Below are positions 1 through 10,060 of a DNA stretch of 64,000 bases, piece by piece. The stretch covers positions 1 through 64,000 of the forward strand of contig JAYWIR010000061.1 in NCBI GenBank assembly GCA_036172245.1. Direction: 5' to 3'. The notes beneath the pieces were generated by a model. It did not search any database and had not been told where the DNA came from. It worked only from the letters and a program-made list of their open reading frames with translations. The translations under genes were made by a program, and so were the position numbers. Source of the stretch: Raillietiella orientalis. Taxonomy: Eukaryota. The first letter of the stretch is position 1. Every line of letters begins with the position of its first letter.

Positions 1-2251
1 CGTTCCGGTCAGCTAGAGTACGTCTCCTGCCGAAAGGAGGAGACAATCGCAACGTAGGCAACTGGCGTCCCATCACAGTAGTGAATGCGGATGCGAAGTT
101 GCTTGCCAAGCTTTGGGCTGAGCGACTGGGACGGGTGGCGGAATCCGTGGTTAGTCCGGAGCAGACATACGCTGTTCCCGGACGAAGCATGGAGGCCAAC
201 CTGTTCCTCGCCAGTACATGGTGGCAGTTGCAACAAAGCGAAGACCAGGGAGGTCAAGAGAATCCTGGATTCTCCTCTGACCAGGGAGGGGACGCCCTTC
301 ATGGAAGAGCCGCGCCGGTGCCCTTGCGGTCGCAGTCGATCTGCGTAAAGCGTTCGATTGCGTCGACCAGGAACTGCTTCTGGAGCTCCTGGAACGCTTG
401 GGATTCCCGGCCGTCTTCCGGGCTTACCTGCGCTCCTGCTGGCGCTTCGCTCTAATAAACATCTCTTTTAGCGGCCGGCACGTGTACGGCGTGCCGGTTC
501 GGCGTGGCATAAGGCAGGGTGACAGTCTGAGCCCCATGCTCTTCAGCATCTACTTCGAGCTAGTGCTGAGGGCATACAGGGAGACTCTGGCAACCCTGCC
601 AAGCTCGTGTCCCGGCACGCCTGCCGTGTCGGCCTACGCCGACGACCTTCTGCTCCTGCTCCCCGGGTCCACCCCGGCGTCGGCGCTCGAAGATTTCTTT
701 GAGTTGCTGCTCCGCGGGACGGGCCTCGAGGTGAACAGAGAGAAATCTTCCATCGTTCCAACATCACCACAACTTTTCAACAATACGGCGTGGGCCGGAC
801 GGCCGGACTGGATCCGCTTGGGGATCTTCACGGGCAGGTGCTTCAAGTACCTTGGCGTTCCGTTGGGGGACTTCTGCGTTGCAGAAGCCTGGTCCGACCG
901 TCTCCAAAAGGTGGAGTTGGCGATCGGCCCGTTCCGGAATGGCAAGTTTTACTTGCAGGAGCGGGCCGCGGTGTGGAACGCGTTCGCGGCCCCCCTCCTT
1001 CGCCCCTTACTTTTTGTTTGCCCCGCCCCTCCCATCATACAGAGACGGACCAAAGCCCTCTTGAGGACTGCCCTTTGGGGCACAGCGAGGTCGCGAGTCC
1101 GATTGAAAGACTTGTGCGCTCCACGCAGGGAGGGTGGCTGGGGCCTCCTTACGTTGGAGCGCATCCAACTTCAAACAACAATTCGAAAGTTAGCCCTTGC
1201 GGCTAGCTTATGGATGACGCCATTGTGCGATCCGGCACGGCTCCTCGCCAGAAGAGCGACCGGCTGCGAAGGATTGTCCTCGATCCTCGTGGCCTACCAG
1301 CGCAGCCTCTCCAACTGTGGTCCCGATTTGCGCCAGATGGTCGCCCTGATGAGGGAGAATACCTGGATCTCCTGCATCTCCGCGAACTGCACTGCCTGGC
1401 TTCAGGAGTCAGCTTCCGCGTGGGCTAAGATCAAGGGCACGAGCGAGGCGGAATACAACTGCCTACGACGAGGACCGTACGCTCGACAGCCGCTGCAGGA
1501 TATTATCAACACGCCCCGGAAGTTTCTGTGGGCTTCTTTCAGCCCCCTTGCCCCCGTTCTGTCCTCCCTGAAAAACAGTAGGAGCAGCAACGAGCTGGCA
1601 TCGTGGGAAGTGTCCTGCCTCATCCGAGGCAGGAAAAAACCTTTACAGGCGTGGACGACTCGGGAGCTCACGGACGCTGCCACCCCGAGCGTCCCGCCTC
1701 ACGGACTTGCGCGCTGGGGAGAGCTGCTCGCAATACCTCCAGAGGAGGTGAAGTGGCCCCCAGCGTGTTGGGATTGCGGCACACTTCCGTTGAAGTGGCA
1801 GGAGACGGCGTTGCTATTTCTGCACTGGGGACTGTTAAGCAGAGCACGCCTGTCTCACTGGACACTGGGAAATGTGGATGCCTGCTGTGTCGAGTGCGGA
1901 GAAAGAGAAACCTTCCCGCATCTCACCCTCGAGTGTGTCGCCCTGGATGGACTCTGGAGTCGAATCGCCCCAATCCTCCATCTTCCAGTAGGCGACCCTA
2001 AGGAAATTTACCGTCGCCTCTTTCTGCGTGACGGCCTGCGCCCCGCTGCGTCTCTAGCAGTCCTCTGCTGCGTGCGCGGCATTGTGCAAAGGTGGCACGC
2101 CAGAAGAAGAGGCCCAAGATGCAGGGACGCCATCCACTATACGACGATCTCTTTAGAGACGGCGACAAGGTGGCGTCTACCTTTCAGAGTTAAAACAGAA
2201 CTTGACTGCATCCTGAACAGGATGCGGAGGACCGACCCAGGCGCTCAGTGA
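1..2251 (+). CDS. Non-LTR retrotransposon (L1/Tx1-type LINE) ORF2, partial: reverse transcriptase plus C-terminal CCHC zinc-binding domain; cut by window edge, with one frame break near 215-302
   Basis: Frame 3 from nt 3 reads LLPKGGD..NWRPITVVNADAKLLAK..RL..V.SPEQT..VPGRS. Frame 2 continues VDLRKAFDCVD..LERLGF, GIRQGDSLSPMLF, AYADD, GLEVNREKS, FKYLGVPLG, LCAPRREGGWGL and CVECGERETFPHLTLEC. These are canonical L1/Tx1 ORF2 motifs in the expected order. Open without stops from about 290 to 2251. Confidence 0.95.
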
Positions 2252-2505
2252 TCCCTTCCCTGCCCCCCCCCTCTCCCCATACAACTGTTTCCCTCCCCGT
2301 TATCTCTCTTTTTGTTTGTTTTTGTTCTAGTTTTCCCTTCCCATGCGCCTCGGGAATGGACCTAACCGGTCTATGCACCGGCAACAGACACGTCAACCAA
2401 GGTGGGAAAACCAAGTGTTTCCCACAATTAACTTTCGAAAGACTTTATTATCTAATTTTTGTAGAAAATTAGAATAATAAATGCCCCGGCATATCCGGGT
2501 GGCAA
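1..2505 (+). mobile_element. LINE copy 1 (most intact): ORF2, pyrimidine-rich 3' UTR and terminal hairpins
   Basis: ORF2 as above; C/T-rich UTR at 2252-2340; AATAAA at 2476-2481 followed by CCCGG-CATAT-CCGGG at 2485-2499. Confidence 0.9.
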
Positions 2506-2829
2506 ACGTCCGCATCGTAAGGTGGCCGCAAGCATTCCCGGCCCTGGTCGTCGAGCAGGCAAGCCGCTCCAGACTGTCAGACCTGCCGGAGTTCAGTTCC
2601 CGCCTTGCGCTCCGCAAGGCGCCGGACTCCTGCGCGCGTCTGGAGAAGGTGCGCGCCTGCAGAAACGCTCTGCTGTTGACCACGCCCTCTCCAAAGCCGC
2701 GCGGAAGCAAACGCAAGGGGAACCGGCAGCCGAACTCGCAGACCGCTCTTCCGAGATCTGCCAGTCTACAAGCACGCGAATGATAAAGCTGCGGAGGTAC
2801 CGGCAGAGGCGCTCCGCTGCCTCCGGGTA

Positions 2830-3670
2830 GCTGAGTCAGTCGGTTGGCATCCTCCAGACGTTGGTCGGAGGCCCCTTGCCGGGCGGAAGAAGCCAGCCTG
2901 GGGTCGTCGTATAGTTCGGACAGCACTCTTCCTCTCCTTTCTGCTCGGAAAAGCAGGTGCTCACCGAGGTGGACCCAGGGGGCACCCTTCCGAAGATGTT
3001 CAGGGGGGGGCTAGAGTGCCTCAGCCTGCCCGTCCCCTCCGCAGCACGGACCGTTCTGAAAGTACGCGAGGATGGGTTCCCTGCAGTGGATGCGTGCACT
3101 AACCACACTCGCCCCGCGGGGGGCGCCACGTGGTGAGAAGGAACTGTCCGCCTCCTTAGGAGGGAAGGGAACTCATGAAGCTCTTTAAGCACCGTCCACA
3201 TCACTCAAGCTGAGTATTAACTCTTCGAGTCAGGGGGTGACTCCGTTGGGACCACCCTATGAATCCAGGAAGGCCCTGGAGGGAGAAGTCCTCTTCTCTC
3301 TTACTCTTGGGAGGGAACCCCGAAGCGAACTTCTTCCTTGTTCTCTCCGGGGGGGGACCTGCAAGGGAACCGCTCCTTGTTTCCTCCTCTGAGGGAAACC
3401 CCGAAGGGAGCGCTTCTAGATTTCTCTGAATGTCCGAAAGGAATAGCGCGCTTCTTACACCCCGGAGAGCATCAACCAGTTCCATGGTACGCGATCGAAG
3501 GCCCTCCATTTCGAGCGGGAGGGGGGGGTAACGACTCCATTTTCACGACCGGAAAGAAACCCCGAAGGACTCGTTGATTCCTGAAAGGATCCCAGAAGGT
3601 CCACTTCCATTCCCGGCTTCTAGTAGTGTCGCACCCGAATAAACCAACCAGTGTCGTCCTGCAGGGAAGA
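2830..3670 (-). mobile_element. Repeat family B body (tRNA head absent here), containing a decayed retrotransposon gag-like frame
   Basis: 3170-3300 aligns with 16940-17070 (ctcatgaagctctt..taactcttc..gggaccaccctatgaatccag) and 3310-3620 with the reverse complement of 44040-44320. Minus-strand frames give LPGFIG, FPSLLRRR, EPILAYFQ, PEHLR and RLEDANRL in gag-like order, across stops and frameshifts. Confidence 0.55.
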
Positions 3671-3704
3671 CATGACGTTCCAGCGTCTCAGTGTCCCATC
3701 GTTC

Positions 3705-5147
3705 TCAGCGGGATCCGCCTCAAAGACTTGGCGCCTCCGCGTCGCGGTGCCGTTTTGGGCATCCTCACGCTGGAGAGAATCGGTCTGCAAATGCAGTTTC
3801 GAATGCTGGCACTCTGCACCAAGTTATAGACTTCCCCGTTGTTTGAACCTGCATGCATCATCCTGCTGAGATGCGACGGCAACGAAGGACTGCTCTCGTT
3901 GCTGTCGAGCACTCATTATAGGACGCGGGGATTTGGCTTCCCCTTGAGGCAACTCGCATGTCTAGTAGAAGCCCAAACATCTCCTGCTACCCAATGAACT
4001 TCAATGCCTGGCGCAGAAGGCTGTTGAGTCCTGAGCTGCATTCCAGGCAATGCGCTCTCAAGATGTTTGCTACCACGACTTTTGGAAGTGATGATGCAGG
4101 ACGCAGCGAAGTGGTCGAGCCTGGCCGCCACCCTCCTTGCCGAAGCGCTGTGTACCCTCAGGACAAGAGACGACAGTAGCCTACCGGCGAGGTGGGAGTT
4201 TTCCTGCACCATCGCGGGAAGGGACAAAACTTCTTAGAAACATGATGCTTGCAGCATGAGCGAGCTGGTGGATGCTGCCACTCTACGTGCTGTGGCAACA
4301 AGACTCCTCCGGTGGAGTGAACTTTTGAGTGTAGCCCCCAAGGAGCTTGTGGTCCTCCCTTATTGCCTAGACACTTCGGTGTGCCTCCTCTCCTGGGGAA
4401 ACAGACCGTGCTGCTCTTCCTCCACTGGCAAATCCAGTGCAACGAGCGTCTGCACCCTCGTTCCCACGGAGACTGCATCACCGAACTGTGTCAGGTGCGG
4501 ATCGGCAGAGTCGATCCCGTTGCACCTGCTTCTGGACTGCAGTGCTCTCCAGGCACTGTGGCGGAGGCAGCGCTCCTGCACCAGGAGGACACCGCCCGCG
4601 ACGGTTCTTCGCTCCAGGAGGATTCTCGACAGGCGCCGTTATGGCTAACATAAGTTGCATCCGTGCCATCGTTGGGGTCCGACTGATGCTGGAACCACCT
4701 CACAGTGAAGAAAGATCACCAGTATGGCGGCCACCTACATCAGTACGGCTGCAAGGTGGCCTCACCTGGTAGAGGAATCCAAGGAGGAGATCGCCGGCAT
4801 TCATCGCCTGTTGATGGACGGTTTGGGACGGCGGACCCTTGTCCCCTCCCTCCCTTTATTCTTTTTTTTCATATTCCCCACACCCATTTCGCTCCATAAC
4901 TTTCTTGGTGCTTTTTGTTTTTATTCCGATGCATACGAAGAGAAACCAAAGATCCCTGCCCCTTCCCACCCATTTTTTTTTTTTTTTTTTCTGTTGTCCT
5001 CTTGCCCCTCCCTCGTTCCGGAGTATCTGTTGTCCCGGCCTACGTGCCGGTGGACCCTCCCCTTTGTTTCTTGTAGTCTTCAGTTGGGAATTTTGCTTCC
5101 AACTGGTTCATTTTTATAAAATAAACACCCCGGTGTGACCGGGTGGA
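3705..5147 (+). mobile_element. 5'-truncated degenerate LINE copy 2 (post-RT region, zinc finger, 3' UTR)
   Basis: IRLKDLAPPRRG..GILTLERI matches copy 1 VRLKDLCAPRREGGWGLLTLERI. Also ELVDAAT, LLFLHW and CVRCGSAESIPLHLLLDC. Ends in AATAAAC-ACCCCGG-TGTGA-CCGGGTG (5120-5145). Multiple frameshifts. Confidence 0.9.
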
Positions 5148-5599
5148 AAACTTCAGTTGGCGCACTACTGTTCCGAAGCTAACCAGCAGATTTTTCCAAT
5201 CACTCTACACTTCCGATGTTTGCGGTTCGTGATGCCTGCTTTGTGTGGGGGTCTCGGCCCACGATTCGATCTTTCCATATAGAATGAGATGAAATTGGAT
5301 TGGGATGCATTGAGGTTGGCCACTTTAATGAACCACGAGTAATTTTGGGAACAGACTGCGGTCCTTGGAGGACGTCTTGTTTTCCGATTGCACTTCGGAT
5401 TTCATTTTGCGAGAGTCTGCCTTTCCGGTTTCGTGTGGGTCCATTTTGCATCCTTCTGATGATCATCTCTTCAGTTATGTGATTGGTATCTTTTGCTTAT
5501 CCTCTGAGTGGCGACGGCATGGATCGTTCTGGAGGATTATACAACCTATAGTACAAAAGTCCTCTGATGCAAAACATATTCGATTAGATTCCCAAACCA

Positions 5600-7810
5600 C
5601 CAATAATCATTGAGAAGAGTCAAAGAGCACAAGCGTACTTATTGGATTACATCCTGAACACAAAACCTTGCTGAAGTATATCGTTCATAAATCGAAAAAG
5701 ATTATAAAACCTTGGTCACACTGCTGGAATGCAGGAGCACTGGAATGCAAGAAAAATGCGATTCATGGCATCCTGAAAATCTGCACAGGTGAAGAAATGC
5801 GTCTTCCTTGTGACTTTGATTTATCTTCCTTATTTGCGAGAGACCTCTATTTAAGAAGTTTTTTCAAATCGAGAAAATTAAAATGCACTCCGCCTCTTTC
5901 GCATCTTCTTCGGATGAAATCCGTCACCGCTTCCATCTTCATGAAGAATGAAGCATTCCTGGATAATTCCCTCAAGAATCTTTGGTCTCTGGACCAAGAG
6001 TGAACATCTTTGTGAACAAGATCGTTTTGATTTCCCCCACCACATTCTCAAGATCAGTGCAAATGCTGTGTTAATAAAGCATCCACAACCCGTTAATGAC
6101 TTTCCTTGCCGGACAGTCACACCTACGATCTATGAAATCTTGTTTGCTGCTTTCTGGTTGATCATGTTTATGATGCTGACTCCTCTATAGGACGCCAATC
6201 CGTTTTTTCTGCAGAAGACCTTTCTCCCTGCTGCGCCATCTGATTAAGTTGACCTGGACCAAGTTATTTTCCCTGGAATTGCAATGAAGTCCGAAAAGAA
6301 AGAAAACACCACACAATTGAATTCGAACACTTAAATAAAACAAGGAAGAAAAGTATACAATGGCAAGGCATCAGTGCATTTGAATGCTTTCTACAAAGCA
6401 TACTGCAAGACTGAGAGGAACTCCTACTCCATGGCTTTCACCATGTGTTCTTCTTTGGCTACTATTATTAAGTCGTGTAATAGGTTTAGCATGATCGGAG
6501 GAGACTAATGCTGCCTGCGATGACTCTGCACGAATTGATACATTTTGTTTTATAGTGTTCCACTTTTCCTCATATCTCAGCCCAGTGTTTGGAAGGAGAT
6601 GGCGTCACTGAGAACAGCTTCTTCTATCAGTCATGTAAGAGAATAGAACTGGTATTCGTTATGTCGATCAATACGACAAGTCGTTCTGCCTGGATATTCA
6701 TTATAAACATTGATGCCTTGCTCCATGAAGTGAAGAAATACTCTGTTGCATTCTTCAATCGTTATTTTCAAGATGCGGATCAGTGATGGATGTGGCAAAT
6801 GACGCAGTTATGAGTCTTCAATGGGAAAGCATCGTAAATAAGCATGCCACTAGGGACATTTTTCTCCAGCTTAACGACAGAAAAGCACTGATATGCTGTA
6901 TAAATGACAGCCGGAAGTTCTGGATGGCAGGTTTCATGTTTTCGCCTGCAGTTTGTTCTGTTTTGCAAACGAAAATAAGGACTCCCAGGAGTTTTTGAGG
7001 TTACAGGAGTAGTCAAAGAAGTCTTGCATTTAAATAAAAAAAGCCCCCTCCCCCCCCCCCAAAAAAAAAACAATCCAAAAGTAGTTAATCAATGGGTGGT
7101 CTTTACTTTACTGTGCTGGTGAATCTTTGGATACTTGCACTTCGAACGCCGAGGGACTGTTTCCTAGGATGGTGATCAGGAGCATGAATTCTTTTGATTT
7201 CTTCAGGAATACTGGAGGCCGATTTGCTAAATCCAAGCCCAATACCCGGGCAAGTTTTACATTTCTTGACTCCAAATTAATTCCATTTGATCATTATACT
7301 TTGTGGATGCAATCAATGATCAATTAAAAAATAGAAGCACAAAGTGGTAGAAGTGATGTTTCAACAGTTCTGACTTTGCGGTTTCCATTTTTACCTTTTC
7401 AATCTCCTATCCATACTTATACTTCGTTTCAAGTACGGATAGTGATATGCTTTTGGATCTCGAGGATAACTGGTCTTGATTCCTCTAAGCAAATAAAGTC
7501 TTCAGTATTGACAACCATCTGAACTAACCACAGCCAATTCCTCACCTGACAGGGCCATTTCACAGGGAACAAAACACTCTTGCATGTCTTTCAGATACGC
7601 CTCGAACTCCTTAGGTACTCCATGTTATCGCAAATTCAGCAAAGCGCAGCATTCTTATTTGCTCTCTTGAGGATTCAAGCTTTAAGTGGTCAAATGAAAC
7701 GAACAGGTGTGGATCGCGAGAAGTTGCGGCATCATCTTGAGGCCCGATTGGTCCAACTGGGGGGACTTGGAAGTTCCTTTTCCAACGAATAAATCAGTTC
7801 CTGTAGAAGG
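5600..7810 (-). pseudogene. Decayed multi-exon gene-like sequence of unknown function
   Basis: Minus-strand protein-like stretches broken by isolated stops (MLNLLHDLIIVAKEEHMVKAME*EFLSVLQYAL*KAFKC; NVKLARVLGLDLANRPPVFLKKSKEF; ECNRVFLHFMEQGINVYNEYPG). Donor-like G|GTGAGG near 7545 and acceptor-like CTGCAG| near 6950 and TTCCAG| near 6275. Confidence 0.4.
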
Positions 7811-9095
7811 CATGCTCCATCGCTCTATTTCTCTAAGCGATTCCTTGTCATCTCGGTTTCCAACCTTCCCGTTGAGATGATGGTGCATCTCCACCAGGAG
7901 GGAAAAAAATCCTTTCCTGCTTCGCCTTTGGTCGGTCGCGAGCTCCGACAACTTGTCTGCTCTTTCTTTCCTGTCAAACCAATGGATGGAACGGCACCGT
8001 TCTCCGAGCATCTGCCACCAGCAGTCGGCTGCTACTTGAACCACGCAAGCCAACCGATCCAACGTCAGTGGGATTCTCACTCGCTCTTCCCCTCTAAAAC
8101 TGTTGAAGCCGCGCGTGCCTCACCATCGAGGTCTCTCTCTCTTCCTTCAGGTCGGTTCCAAGCTCCTCCGTTTTCAGAGGGCCGGGTTCTCCCTGCTCCT
8201 CGGAGGGAGAAGGAATGTACCCCCACATCCCGCTTACCCTCGAGTCTCGTAGGCATGAGGACGCCAAGAGGCGCTCCGCTCTTCCTCGGCAAGAATCCTC
8301 ATCGTTCTGTCCCGAGCTCTCTCCCGCCGCCGCTGTTCTTCCCGTTCGCGACGGGCTGATTAGCTTTTCCTTTGCTCGCCGTCTGCGCAGGCATCTTCGC
8401 CCCTGCATATTTCGGAGGAGTCCAGTCCTGGAAGAGACCCTTACAGTTCCTGATTCATTGCTTCTGTCTCGGGATGCCAACACTCCATCCGCACTCCGGC
8501 ATCGAGTGAGGAACTTCCTCCACTGATCCTCTTCCATCTCGCGGAGGTCTGTGCGCGTGACTTCGAAACGCGGGAGCGCCAATCCGCATCGCTTGAGCTA
8601 CCGAGCGTGCAGTTCCCAAACATTCCAGAGAAGGAGGAAACCGAAGATCGAGGTCCATGGGCATAAGAGTCACAGCAATTGCACGATTCCGGGGATGGAG
8701 CTGCAACGGCATCTGGATGTCGTGCTCCAACTCTCTCGTAAGTCCTTACAAGCATTCGTCAACGGCATCACCCGATGACCCCGGGACGCTTATTGAATAC
8801 AGAAACAGTGGTAAAACTGCAGGTGCCACCAAATCCAAGTGAACACATGCTGGATCAAAGTCCGTCTTCGAGACACAAGGAGGGAGAACCAACAAAAGGG
8901 AAAACAAATGTAAAAAGCGTTCTTCCCGGTTTCGGAAGGAATCACCCTGTGTTCCACGAAACCTTGTTCACCTCTACAGAACGCCAGCAAGTTTCTCCTG
9001 GATGTTTCCCAGGTGGGACCACAACGTCGTGATCCCATGAAGAGCTTCGTCTAGCGGATGGAATACCTTCTGTTCTGGGTGTACTCGAACACTCC

Positions 9096-9435
9096 TGTCA
9101 GGCAGGAAGAAGGAAATGAGTAGCTGGACCACGGGGCAGCTGACCCACGCTGCGAGTGTCCTTCCACGTGGACGTGCACGCTGGAGCAAGCTGCTCGGTA
9201 TTCTCAGCGAAGACCTGACGTAGCCCTCAGAGTTCGATGGCAGCAGCACTCTTTTCCTGAAGTGGCAGGAGTCGGAACTCTTGCTGTTGCGCTGGGGTCT
9301 TCCCTGCAACACCCGCCCTTGCCACTGGACACTAGGAAGTGCGATCCCGCACTGTCTCAGGAAACAGGAATCCTTCCCTCACCTACTCGTGTACTGTCTC
9401 GACCTCCGGTCCCTTTGGGAGCGTCTTGGGACTCT
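9096..9435 (+). mobile_element. LINE ORF2 C-terminal fragment (copy 3)
   Basis: GRKKEMSSWTTGQLTHAA..ARWSKLL..LKWQESELLLLRWGLPCNTR..HWTLG..ESFPHLLVYC aligns with the C-terminal third of copy 1 ORF2. Confidence 0.85.
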
Positions 9436-10060
9436 TCGAGAAGCCACTATCCCGTGGTGGCAGCAAACAGTTGCTAAGAACGCAGCTGACGGCGGTGCTC
9501 CACGCGGGAAGAGGTGCTTCGGTACGTCCCTGGGGCTGTCCACCAGGATCCGGAGAGACGTTCCAAGACGTTCCCAAAGGGATCGGAGGGCAGCACAGTA
9601 CACGAGCGGGCGAAGAAGAGATTCTCTTCTTCCGCGTCTGCTACAGTTCGGGGCTCACACACCTTCCGGTCTTACGGCACCGGTGCGCTTTGCAGGGGAG
9701 GCCCCAGTGCGAGATCAGCAACGCCGACGCTTTAAGGGGAGGGTGGAGCTGTCCGTCAGTACCGCGGGCAACTGGAGCTCCTCGCAAGGGATGCCCAGAT
9801 GTTCTGCCCAGCGAAGCAGTCGTTTCTGCGGGAGCGCACGGGGTCGCATCGTGCGCGAGTTCACGTGTGGGCCACCCACCAAGGGGTTTTGCTTTCCCTA
9901 CAGTGCGGCATGTAACGTCCCACCTTGCCAGTGTGACCACTTAAGGAGAACAGCGATGCGGCAAGAGAGGGGTTTCCAGAGACTCTGCGGGTCTTCATGG
10001 GTTTCTCAGAGTGCCCTGAAACGTATTCTGAGCGCCCTTGGAGCGTCACCAGCCATTGTA
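9436..10060 (-). mobile_element. LINE ORF2 C-terminal fragment (copy 4), inverted relative to copy 3
   Basis: WDVTCRTVGKAKPLGGWPTRELAHDATP, LLISHWGLPC and VYCAALRSLWERLG..VCCHHGIVA match copy 1 WEVSCLIRGRKKPLQAWTTRELTDAATP ... LCCVRGIVQ. Right boundary approximate. Confidence 0.85.
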
